Assembly: GCA_001662655.1 (NCBI GenBank)
Contig: KV460212.1
Length of the DNA: 64,000 nt
Direction: 5' to 3' (one strand)
Source: Pseudogymnoascus verrucosus
Lineage: Eukaryota
The notes under the pieces are model-generated. The model saw only the letters and a list, made by a program, of their open reading frames with translations, had not been told where the DNA came from and did no database searches. This document shows positions 36,201 to 48,395 of the stretch, in pieces (the stretch's first letter is position 1; the number at the start of each line of letters is the position of its first letter). The translations under genes were made by a program, and so were the position numbers.

Positions 36201-37574
36201 AAGGCAACCACTTACCTATCCCGTCCACTTACTATCCCGTACCACCCCCCAAGGCTACCACCATTCAAGCCCACACGTACACACGACGACGACGCGTCTC
36301 CCATCCCCAGCTAGGGAGCCAACAAGGCCACATATCTACTGTATCTCCCCGGGTGTCGCGGAAGGGGAGGGCTGTGCTGTGATCACATCCCTTCCGCTCT
36401 TGAAGCTGTTGAGCAGACTACTGTATGAGCAGACTATTGTATTCAAACTACTGCACCCCAGAGTAAGTAAGTACCCAGCAAGGTAAGTAACTAGCTACCT
36501 CAATCCCCAATCCCCAATCCAGTCCCGTACATCCCAAAAAAAAAGGGTCAAGAGGTCAAGAGATCAAAGAAAACAGTCTAGTAGTAGTAGTATACATAAA
36601 GTACATCCCATCCCAACAGAGTATCTATCTATCTACCTCCCCTCCAAAAAATAAAAGTGATATATGACCGCAACCTTGGGATCTACCCCCCCTTCGGCCT
36701 CGGACCTCCGATGTCGGGACGTCCCCTCCACACTCTACGATCTCGACCACGCATTGACTGTTTTTTCCACTACTTTGACATCTCGATTGACTTTTAGATT
36801 TCTTTGAGTCACAGCGCAGCGGGGTGGTGTGGAGTAGTGTTGTGTTGTGTGGTGTACATTCTAGAGCACAGATGGGTGGATGTGGAGGTGCTGGTGACAC
36901 ACATGACACGGCATCTCCCATCCATCCATCGGCAGCGGCGGTGGTGTAAAGCCGAGATGAGATCGAGAAGCAGCTATCCCCCGCACAACTCGGGAGGCAC
37001 GAGGACGATGGCATGCAGATGAGACAGCGGGAGAGACGGCACGGAGACGGGTGGTAGAATGAGGAGTGACTCGAATACCGAGTTGACATGGACTTGGTAT
37101 CCAGTTCACCTTCGACATCGTCTGGACATGGACATGCACGTTAACATACACATTCAATCAACTCCATCTTCACACTCAACTCCATTCCGAGATTCAACTC
37201 AAATCCTATTCATTCAATACACCCCCAACCCTCCCCACTTCCCTTCCCAATTCTAATCGTTCATCGTACAAGTATCCCCCATCCATCCATCCATCCCTTT
37301 CCACCCCCCAGCATCGCTTCAGTGCTAGATAAGAAAGAAAAAAATAAATATACCACCGCAGACACAGCCACAGAAAACGCGTAGTATCTACACAAGAAAG
37401 ACAACGCTTAGATAATCCTCCCTCTCCCCTTTTCGTTTCCTCCACTCCCACCGTCAACCCCCCTATCACCCTCGCATTCGTCACCCTCCCCTCCCACTCA
37501 TCAACTCCAACTTAATCAAGGAGTGATGAGGTGCGGCAAGGGGTAAGGAGGTAAGGTGCAAGGCAAAGGCCAAA

Positions 37575-40500
37575 CTACCTCCCCCCCACCTTCCCAGCTC
37601 CGATCATCTCGCCATACCGTCCGCGCTCGCGGGTGGTGTCGTACGCGTTCAGGACGCGGGTCTGACTCTCGTCGGCTTGGGAGAAGGCGTAGCCGCGCTG
37701 TTTGCGCATGCGCTGGACCTGGCGGACTTTGCGGATTGCTTTTTGGAATTGTTCCATCCTGTTGCCGTCGTTAGTACACGTTATCAAAAAGGGGTGGTGA
37801 TGAAAGGGGGTTGGAGGTGAAGGGGGAAAAGAGTATGGGGAAGGGGGGAGGATGAAAAGGGGAGAGATGGAAAAGGAGGGAAAGGAAAGGGGGAAAGGGA
37901 GACAAACCTCGGCCGATAATCCTGAATATTATACTTCTGAATCTCCTGAATATGATGATAAGTCTGCGGATAATACATCCTCTTCGCATACTTCCACGCG
38001 AAATCCCTCGTCAGACAAAGCACCGGCAACGCTAAAATCTGCAGCCAAAACACCGGACTCGTAAACAGCCGCGGAATCACGCCCTCAAACTCCCTCGAGA
38101 TCTTCGCCAATGGCATCACGGTGCCGTATACGGGGATGAACACCATCCAGATCACCAGCGAGCCGGGGATGGACATCACGTGGTACTTGGTCCAGGTATT
38201 TGTCACCAAGGCTGCTTTGCCCAGAACGGTGACCAGAACGGCGGTGTACAGCGCGGTGCCCCAGACCCAGTGGCCTGCGATGCGGCCGTCTGACTGGGGG
38301 AGGTCGCGCCACCAGATTGCTTCCGCGGCGACGTAGAGAATCAGAGAGTGGTAGAAGCCATTTAGGACCCAGGCGGCAAAACTGTGCATTTTGAAAAACA
38401 CGCCCTTTTGGCCTAGTTGGTACAGTTGCGGGTATCGATCCAGCAAGCGGGCCGAGATGAACTGGTCGAAAATACCCATTGCGAAGGGGGGCAGCACGGC
38501 GAAGACGACGTTGTAGAAGGATAGGGTCCAGGACTCGTAGATGACTTCTCCCGAGAAGACGTTTTGGAAGACGTACCAGAACTGCGTCATGTAGAGGACA
38601 ATGTTCTTGTAGAACGAGTATAGGATAACCTTACTAATGCGCTGGTAACTCCACGCGCCGTGGACGAGGAGGAGTTTCCGGAGGTACCTGAACTGCGCGA
38701 TACTAACATCGGCGCTACGAGCAGCCTGTAGACCTTCCATACCACTAATACCGACACCAATGTGCGCAGCCTGGATCATAGAGACGTCATTAGCGCCGTC
38801 GCCGATAGCGAGGAGGATAGCCTTGAGATGTTTCTTAACCAGCTTGACGACGAGGGCTTTCTGGAGCGGGGAGACACGGCAGCAGATGACGGCTTTGCAC
38901 ATGACGGCGAGGTCGAGGAAATCCTTCTCCAGGTCCTTTTCGAGGGCATAGGTGAGGGATTTCCCGTCGATGACGAGGGCAAGGGTTTCGAGCTCGAGCT
39001 GGCCGGCACCTTGGCTGCGGATGGCGTCGAGTTTCTTCTTGAGGTTGTCGCGGGTGGAGGGGGCGTCGACTTCGTTGACTATCATGAGGGTCATGTCTTC
39101 GCTGATCAGCTTGCAGCTCATTCCGATGTTGATGGCTGTCTCCTGTCTGTCGCCTGTCAGGACCCACACCTTGATCCCAGCTTCCTGGAGGGTGTGAATC
39201 GTCTCTGGCACGCCGTCCTGGAGACGATCCTCGATAGCCGTAGCGCCGAGTAGGTAGAAGTCGCGCTCCAGAAGCTCAGCAGCTTTATCCAGTTCGTCCG
39301 CGCGGTTGCCGCTGACGGTCGTCTGAGCCTTGTCGTACACCTGCCACCACTCCTGGAATTCCTGCTCGGGGATCTCGCGCATGGCGAGGCAGAGCGTGCG
39401 TAGACCCTCCGTGGCGTACTCCTCGAGATGTTGGAGCGTCACGTCGGTGTGCGGGTTATCAGGAGACAGACGCTCGAGGATGACGGTATCGGCACCCTTA
39501 CAGTAGCATCTGACCTTTCCGTCGGGACAGCGGAAGATGGCAGACATACGTTTCCTGGTCGAGTTGAATTCGCAGACGGCGAGAAGCTCGTATTCTAGCT
39601 CCTGGTTGTCGACTACGATCTGTACCGACCGCGGCTTGCGGGCTGTGAACTCGTAGCCCATGAGCACGGCGCCTTCTACCAGGGCACCCTCATCGGGTGA
39701 CGCGGCTTGGTATCTGATCTTTCCACCCTTCTCCTCGAGTCTTTCGGGGATGACGGTGTGGCAGGTTGCTAGAAGTGCTAGGAAGTGGTGAATGGCATTT
39801 GACGACTCGTGGGTCTTTAGGTTCTCCTTTAGCCTGGCGAAATCATGGATGCCAACCTCCATGCCGTCCTGAGTCGTAGCTCTGCGGTCTTCTGGGACCT
39901 CAGTCGCATATTGGATGCCGCCAATAGAGCACTGCTTGAACTCCATCTGGTTGCATGTGAGAGTGCCTGTCTTGTCCGAGAAGATATACTCGACTTGTCC
40001 CAGTTCCTCCACCAGACTCGATGTCCGGCAGACGGCTGGGGTGTCGTTGACATCATAGTACATGTCGAGGTCGTCGCTGATGAGCATCGCCTGGTAGTAC
40101 TTGACAATTTCAATCGTCACGAACAGCGAGATAGGGACGAGGGCCGAGAAGAGAACCCAGAACGTAAACATGTCGAAGAAGAAGGTCTTGGCATTGGCCG
40201 CTATGCCGCTTGGAATCTCCAACTGGAGATACTGGAGCTTCTCAGAGAACCTCTGTCGTGAGATAATATCTCCAACCGTGCCGAGCACACTCAGAATAAG
40301 CAAGATGCTGATGAGCATGAGAATCTGTAGGTTCAGCTGGCGCTCAACTGCGGTTCTCTTGATAGGCGCCGCAGTGGCGTTTCGCATCAGCTTCGTCTCG
40401 TGGCCCGTGAAGACAACAATTCCGTAAACCCAAGGGGTATTTCGCAGGGTAGCTCCTCTAAGTAGAAGCTGATCAGGTTGGAGAGGCAGTTCCTTCTCTC

Positions 40501-41806
40501 CGCCTCCAGCTTGCATGGTGAGCGTAGCTTCGTACGTATAAAGACTGCTATTCGGCTGTTCCGACTTGAGCTTGCCACCCAACCTGCTCAACTCTGTAGG
40601 GCTGACAATCTCAGACGTTTCGGGGATAGCCTGCTTGATCTTGAGATTCGTCTCCCCGTCCAAGTTCGCCGTTTCGATGTAGCATAAACCTTCGGGTTCC
40701 GAACTGGCAAGCAAGACCAAATCCGCGGGAAACGACTCCTCAGACTCAATCCGTAGAATATCTCCCACGGCGACATTGACCCACGTAGTATCCTGGAATG
40801 ATGACCCACGGAGGACCTTCGTTTTCGAGTAGTTCAATTGTTTGTCTGCCGACTTTCTCCTGTAATCCTCCACCAGCTCCTTAATCGCAGAGACGCACAG
40901 CACAACTATAAGAGGTCCAATGGTGGTATATTGATTCGTAGGTGAGATGTTGGGGATCTGCTGTAGACCAGCAGTGAATAAGAAGAACAGGTTGGCGTAT
41001 TTGCTGAACTGCTCAAAGAGGAACTTGGGTAAGAAGGTGGCGACGTTGTACTTGGCTGTCGAGACGTGGTTGCTGGAGAACTTGTTCGCACTGTTCGCCG
41101 GAGGATTGTTCAGGTATATTAACCGCGGTCCAAGAGTCGAAGGGTCTGGCTTCCCTCTGCCAAAGCCGAACTTGAAGTTGCCGAGATCAAAGGCCTTGTG
41201 CTCTTTCTTTGGCGCTCCCAAACCCGGATCGTCGGCTCTTGCTTGCGCTCCCGGTTCTGTGAGTGGTAGGTCCATCTCTGAATACGCTGGTGCCATGCCC
41301 AGCATGGTCTTTGCCTTTCCCATCAGTCCTCCTCCCATACTCATCACACTATTCCTGTTCAGCGGTTTAGATGTCCGCTGGCCAGGTCGTCCGCCCGCCG
41401 GTTCCCCCCCATTATAGTACATCGAATCCGTATCATCCGGATATCCATCCCCATCGTCGCCATACCGGTCATAATTCCCCAGCCCAGACGTCTGGCTGGT
41501 GTTCGTCCTCGTTATGTCATTGTTATTATACGGGTCCGAGCCACCGCGATTGAAGTTTCCTGGCCTTCCAGGTAGATCCCTCATCGAGACTCCCGACGGC
41601 CCAGAACTAGATCCAACAAAGTCATCGTATGAAACTGACGGTCGCGGCTGCGTATCATCGTGGTCCGCGTTATATGCCCGCAGCATGTCCTCATCGTTCA
41701 TCGTAGGCCGGCTGCCTCCATGGTACGCCGGCTGGTCATAGTCGTTCAGGTCGAGGAGCAGGTCGTCGCGGTTGCTGGACGATGCCCCTGGAGTCCGCCC
41801 AGCCAT
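37575..41806 (-). CDS. DRS2: P4-type phospholipid-translocating ATPase Drs2
   Basis: Exons 41806-37908 and 37758-37575. Motifs ETANLDGETNLK, SDKTGTLT (phosphorylation site), WVLTGDRQETAINIG and AIGDGANDVSMIQ, plus the Drs2 tail QKYNIQDYRPRMEQFQKAIRKVRQVQRMRKQRGYAFSQ. Confidence 0.97.
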
Positions 41807-42499
41807 GCTGGAGAAGCTATTGGGCGTCGCAGTCGGAGTAGGTGATCTCTCCCAGCCCAATCATAGATGATGCCGATGCAATGAGCCGTATTGTTTTGTC
41901 GTACGTCGCAATGTCGTCGCCAGTCGCGAAAGCCACGATGTTCTTGGATATCTCGTATAACACAGCCTCAATAAAGTTTCGGGGGTCAGACACAGTCGGA
42001 TTCAGGTCCCGTGCTAGCTCAAATCGTGGGTTTTTGCGACAGTGAAGAGGACCTGGAGCTGAACCCAATAAATAGGGGTCCTGATGATGCGAGGAAGCGT
42101 AAATCTCACAAGTCGAGCTTCTGCAATGAAGTGCAGCTAACCTGACGTTGCTATTCTTACTCTCAAACATCCCTCAAATGATCCCTGTTCGCTTACGTCC
42201 CCAATGCGTCGTAGTCCAACCCGCTGCGCATCCTAACGACGCGGCCGCGTACAAGCGACCTTTGATTGCTGGATTGGAGGTGGGGAATAGTTTATCCGCG
42301 TTGGTGGCGGCTTCGATCTTATAAATCTGGGGAAGGCTGTCTTGCTTGAGAACTACACACGACACAACCACATACCTGCCACCATACAAGAAAACGATAC
42401 AGCAAGGCTCTAGGTACAATATAGGCCTACGAAAGAGCGACAACAAAAAACACAACTGAAAAAGCACAAGCAAAGAGCTCAGGAAACAAACCCGCAGCC

Positions 42500-42891
42500 A
42501 TGTCGCGCCATCATCCGTACGTCGCCCCCCTCCCCTTCCCTCAAAACACAAGCTAACATTCCTCTCCAGCGATCTCGTAATGTGCCGCAAGCAACCCGGC
42601 ATCTCCCTCGGCCGCCTCTGCGACAAATGCGATGGCAAATGCCCCGTCTGCGACGCCTATGTCCGCCCCACAACCCTCGTGCGCATCTGCGACGAGTGCA
42701 GCTTCGGCAACTACCAGAACAAGTGCGTCGTGTGTGGCGGGGAGGGAATCAGTGATGCGTTCTACTGCTTTGAGTGCACGCGCCTTGAGAGGGATCGCGA
42801 TGGGTGCCCGAAGATTATAAATCTGGGTAGTAGTAGGACGGATTTGTTCTTTCAGAAAAAACAACAGAGGGTGTTTGGGACGAGGGGGTGA
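42500..42891 (+). CDS. RDS3: SF3b splicing factor Rds3/PHF5A (Ini1)
   Basis: Exons 42500-42516 and 42570-42891 give [53 protein letters not shown]. Confidence 0.97.
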
Positions 42892-44032
42892 GGCGTTTGG
42901 GAGGATGGTTTACTATGAATTTCTGGGGCTGGTGGCGTTCGGGGTTTGGTGTCTGATGGATGTGGGTTTGGGATGGAGAGGGAGAGCAAAGGGAGGATAG
43001 AGGAGGGACGATTCACAGGAACGCTCAACGAAGGGACGAAGATAGTCCAACAGGGGCCTATAGATTCCGCCGCCAAGTCGTACAGTTTGGTGCAAGTTGG
43101 TGCGAGGCAGGTCGTACTGCGTGTGCCTTTGCGCATAGCAGATATTGAAACAAAATACAGCTTTCAATTCCCTCAACCGCCCAGGATCCCACGTGAGCTT
43201 TGGCTGTGCACCTCGCCCAAGGGCATCTGTGCCATCATTTCTGTCCGCCTGAGAGCCGCAGCCCAATAATTGTCAGGATAAACGCCAAAAAGTGAGGTGA
43301 CATAATTGGCCTCTCTTTTTTTTACATTCTCACGGATATGACTGCTGCAATCGAGCTGCGTGCACTGTGCAGCATGCAGCAACAAAACGCGTCTCTAGCT
43401 GCATTTATTGGATTAAGACTACGAGACATACTGTACCTTAAAACGAGCAGAAAGAAGGATTAATATTGTGTAGATAGATAATAAATTCATATAGTTACCA
43501 AGAGCACAACCGCGTTTTATATATCAACCCCGCTCACCCACCAAACACTTCCCCTCCGTAGAATAACACCAATAGCCGATGAGAATCCCCCGCTGTGAGT
43601 AACCGCCGAGCCGCCGTGACCGCGGCAGTAGCTTCATCAGCTGCCAATCCCGAGGATGTGAGCTGCCACGAGGGCCGAGTTGATAACGCCTTAAGAGATA
43701 GCAGGGGAATTGGTGGGTACGTCGGGGGCTGTGTTTGTTAGTTATATATGAAGAACTATATACGTATGAACCTTGAGACCTCCTGGGATTGTTTTTCAAA
43801 ATAAACCTCCGGTATATTAATAATTATATAGTAGCATAATACTTGTTATCCCCTCCAACTAATCCGTTATATGGCACCATAGTACCTATCAACCCCCTCC
43901 CATCCCTCATTTCCATCATCTAGAACAAGTGGTATAATCCCCCCCCACCCCCCCCCCTCTTCAAAAAGAAACCCTCGCACCCACCCACGCACCCCCAAAT
44001 AATAACAAACACCTCCCCTCCCCCCCAAACCC

Positions 44033-46956
44033 CTACCTCTCCTCACCATCCCGCGGACCCCCCCTCATAAGCATCTGTACCATCTCCAACGCCTCGCGAT
44101 ACCTCTCCCCCCCACCCTCCAGCAGGACCGGGCCATCACCCTGCGCCCTCAGGCTCTCCATCGCCGTCTCCAACGCCTCAAACACCTCCCAACCGTCCAC
44201 CATCTCCCCCTCGTCTCTCATCCTCCCTATAATCATCTCCACCACACCCACCCTCCTATGCATCTCAGCCTGCGCATCCTCAACCGCTGGTGGCACTGTA
44301 ATCGTAGCGCTTGACGTCTCTTCCGCTTCTGCACTCCTCTCCTCCGCCCTCCCCATCTCATCCACCCCATTCACACGCATCACCTCCCCAAGCACCTCCA
44401 CATTCCCCGCCGCCAACCTACTCCACGCCTCCTCCAGCCTCGCTCCCTCCAACGGTTCCCCCTCCGCAACCCCAGCGCGCGCATTAGCAGCCGCGTCTCG
44501 TAACCCCCTCGTCCCCACCAGCGCCAGCCTCATATGCGGCGTCAACCTCCCTGCCGCACCAACAACAACAACCCTACCCTCCGCCTCCTGCCCAGCCGCC
44601 TCATTTCTCTCCCGCTCCGCCCTCTCCAGCTCCTCCCTCCCCCTCTCCAGCATCCTCCTCCCATCCACCTCCGCCCTCCTCCTCTGCAGCTCAACCCCCT
44701 GCATCCGCACTTCCGCCGCCCTCCTCTCCAGCTCCACCCCCGTCCTCTCCATCTCCGCCACCGCCTCCTCAACCGCCTGATCTCTCTCCGGTTCCACCCC
44801 CGCCGCCCGCGCCTCCTCCCGCATCCTCGTCAGCTCCGCCACCCCCCTCCTCACCCCCGCCCTCTGACTCTCCAACCGCACCATCATCCTCTCAACCTCC
44901 AAATTCCGCCTCTCTATCTCCTCCGTAATACTCTCCGCATCCACCACCCCCTCTCCCACAGGCACCGTCCTAACCTCCGTAGTCTCATGAATAAACACCC
45001 TCTGTCCCTCCCGCACCTCCTGCCTTATCACCCCCGCCACTCCTCGCCTCGCCACGGGGACCCCCGACCTTATCGCGTTCATTATCCGCTCCTCCTCTGT
45101 AGCCAGGGCGAAGGCGCGGGCGGCGCGCTGTACCTCCTCTTTCTCGGCGGGCGTGATGGTGATGGGCGGCGTGGATATGGCGTTAGCGGCTTTGTGGGCG
45201 GCGCGCGCGTTGGCGCGGGCGGCGGCGCGGGTGGATTTGAGGAGGGCTTCGGGGGGGTCGGTGTGGTGTACGTGAGCGTGGCGTGCGAGGACCTGTGGGT
45301 GTTAGTGGCGTTGTTTGGTATCTATGGTGGTGAAGATATGGGAAGGATGGGAGAGAAGAGGGGAAAAAATAATGCAAAAAGAAAAAAATACTCACAACTT
45401 CCCCCTCCAACACCCCAAAGCTCTCCCCAACCCTAATCTTCAGCCTCTCCAGCGCCCCTCCCCCCCTCCCCGCCCACCTCTCTCGCTCCTGCCTCCCCTT
45501 CTTCGCCGCCATCCTCTCAAGCAACTCCTCCATCTCCCTCTTCGCCTCCTCCTTCTCCCTCGCCATCTTCTCCCTCCTCTCCATATTGATCCGCTCAAGC
45601 ATTGACCCCGCCCCCATAGCCCTCGCACTCTCAGCTATCCACGCGTTACGCTCTGCCAAGTGAGCCAGCCTCGCAGCCCTCAGTTGTTCAGGATCCTGTA
45701 CCTCCTCCGGACCCCCACCCATCTCACCATCTATCCCCTCCGCCCCCGGGACCTGTTCAAACGTCATCTCCACGAACCCCGGACCGAAGCCCACGGGCGG
45801 TCCTGGCGCCGCCGGCGCTACACGTCGCCTTACACTAGCAATAGCATCCTGATCCCCCGCGGCCGCCAAGCGCTCCAGCTCCTCCTGCGCCATCGCCTCC
45901 GCCTGCTGCTCATCCAGCCGCGCCCGCTCCCTTGCCACCCGTTCCTCCTCCCCGGTATTCGGCGCTCGTCCCCCAAAGAACCTTAAATCGAAAGCCGGCG
46001 GCGTTCCCTGCGCCTCCGGGGTCCTCTCCGGTTGTCCCCCCGCGCGCCGCTCTTCCCGGATCCTCTCGCGGCTGCGCACTATGAGCGCTTGTCGCATGGG
46101 CGAGTTGGGGTGGGCGGCTGCTGCGCGCCTCTGCCAGCGCGAGCGTTGGCGGGTGTCGCTCTCGAGTTGACGGGCTTCTCTGCGCGCTTCGCGGCTGGCT
46201 TCGCGGCGGGCTTCGCGACGGATTTCGCGCTGGCGCTGGCGGTCGTCACGTCGCAATTCCCGACGTTCGAGGCGCCGCTGTTGACGTTGTTGTTCGAGCT
46301 CTTGCTGGTTGGGTTCGCTGTCGGTGGTGGAGGGGGGGGAGGCGGCGGCGACAACGGGTTCTGTTGCGGGGGCGGGGGCGTTGGACGGCACTAGAGGTGG
46401 GGGATTGGTGTGACGAAAGAGGGCGGGGGAGTTATCGAAGTAAACCCTCTGTATGCCGCGATTAGGTCGCGGTGCTGCAGCAAAGTCGAAAGCGCGCCCC
46501 AGATTAGCCCTTATCGAACGCCGTTGACCAGCCTGGGACAAGCGGGTGGTGTTGACAGGAAAAACACGCTGTGCTGCAGCGAGAACAGGGGATTGGTTGT
46601 TGGCTGGCGCGGAATCGTTGGCCGCGAATAGGGAGAAGGGGTTTGGTTCGAGGTTCGGGAGGGCGGGGAGGACGATAATGTGGGAGGAGCCGGGGAGGGA
46701 GAGGCTAGGAAGGGCGGTGAAGGCGGGTGCGGGGGTAGGGTCGGTTTGGTTTTGTAGCTGGGGGTCTGGGAGAGAGAGTGAGTGGCCGTCCAAGGTCTCC
46801 GTTGAGGCCCGGGATGAAGATGCGGTGGGTGGTGAGGGTTGGGGCGGTTGTAAGGGTCTAGTAGGGTGATTAGTGGGCTGTGATGCATTTAAATTGGAAG
46901 AGGAGTAGTCACGGATTCTCTGATCCGTCTATTGAATCTTCCATCGGTTCCGCCAT
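44033..46956 (-). CDS. Uncharacterised Arg/Glu-rich, low-complexity coiled-coil protein (about 920 aa)
   Basis: Exons 46956-46913, 46857-45396, 45292-44033 join in frame across introns 46912-46858 (GTGACT..CTAAT..TAG) and 45395-45293 (GTGAGT..CTAAC..CAG). No recognisable domain. Confidence 0.7.
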
Positions 46957-47245
46957 GATTGAATAGAGTCTGTTGCTTATTCTACTCCCACGAGGTCGTC
47001 GACGAGTTATTGACCGATGTTATATTTAAGCTGAAGCATGGGAGGGCAAGGCTGACAATAGGAGCTGTAACCGTCCGTGCACCGGTTGGATGTTGGATTG
47101 GAGCATGGAAAAATAGTTGATCCGCGGTTACCCTTTATCGCCCCATCCTATCCTTATCAGATGGCCAGCCGTCCATCCCAACTCTCCAAACCCACCTCCA
47201 CAACCACCCAGCCTCGCGCCAACATCCCCAATCCAACCGCCCACG

Positions 47246-47701
47246 ATGGTCTGCGCAAAATGCCAAAAGCTCACAAAGCCTACCTCCCTCGCCACGCCCG
47301 GCGTCAAAAAGAAGAGCGAGATGTACTACGGCTCCCCCGCCGGCACCAAGACCGCTTCAGCTGGGAGTAGTGGCGTTGGCAAATCCACCTCCGCGACCTT
47401 GGGGCAAACCAGTATTGGCAAAGTAAGCTCACCTCGCTCGCCCTCCTACCGAACAAAAAGACACCTCACTAACACCTCCCCCCGCTAGAGCAAACTCCTC
47501 TCCGCCTCCGCCAAGAACCCCTACGCGGCCTACGCCGCAAAATGCACCGGCAAAGAATGCGTCACGAAGATCGAGTCGGGGAGGAAATACTGCAATAAAT
47601 GTGCGTATCGCGCGAATGCGTGCGCGGTGTGTGGGAAGAAGAATGCGCCGGAGAAGAAGGCGGCGCCGGTGATTGCGGGGCAGAAGTTTACGCTTAAGTG
47701 A
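47246..47701 (+). CDS. CRIPT: CRIPT (cysteine-rich PDZ-binding protein) homologue
   Basis: Exons 47246-47422 and 47489-47701 give MVCAKCQKL..SLATP..IGKSKLLS..KNPYA..C..C..KYCNKCAYRANACAVCGKK, the CRIPT cysteine pattern. Confidence 0.9.
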
Positions 47702-48395
47702 GGAGGAGGGGGAGGAGAAGGAGAGACATATATTGTATTTTTGGAGGGATGGGAGGGGGGAATTGGGGGGCAAGGATGGCGGCAAGTGGGATTGGGTATG
47801 GGATGCCACGGATGGAGGGGGATGGTGGTGGAAGGTGCAGCGGTTGGGGACTGGAAGGGCAGGATATATCGCCTTGTCGTTGTGTCGTACGGCAGGGAGG
47901 TGGGGGACAGATCCCTTATATTCTATATTAGCCGCTGGGGGTTGTGTCTCATAAGTCTCAGGTTGAGCCGTCGTCACAGGAAACCCTCCGCCAGGGAGCG
48001 ACTGATCTCGCTGGAATGAGGAGGGTCTAACAACAGATCCCAGATCCCGATGAGTAACGGAAGGCACAACTCTGTACAAATAGACAGAACGGGTATACAC
48101 ATAGAACCCGAATCCAAATATTCTCAAATCAAACACAATACAGCAGTCTCATCCAACCATCTCCACTCATTGTATGTCCATGCCATTGCGGCTCTAAGTT
48201 TATCTATAAAGTTTATGTGCGCGCACCATTCAATTGTACAGTACAAAGGACAGAACCAACCTCCCCCAGCAAAGCTTCTCTAGCTACACTGTGCCAACAT
48301 GCGAATGCCATCGCCCCAAAACGCCGAGTTTTCCCAAGTTGCTCAAAATACCCCTCATTCATACATCCATCATTCCCAATCCCCCCACCTCTTCC

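Noticed and set aside
35818..36486. 222-aa ORF in the long intergenic region
   Set aside because: It has a TTG start and a T/H/P-rich translation that reflects C/A-rich low-complexity DNA.
44534..45436. Long antisense ORFs (also 48234-49073, 49603-50418, 56106-57296, 23076-23783, 59994-60608)
   Set aside because: These are shadows of GC3-biased or repetitive genes on the opposite strand.
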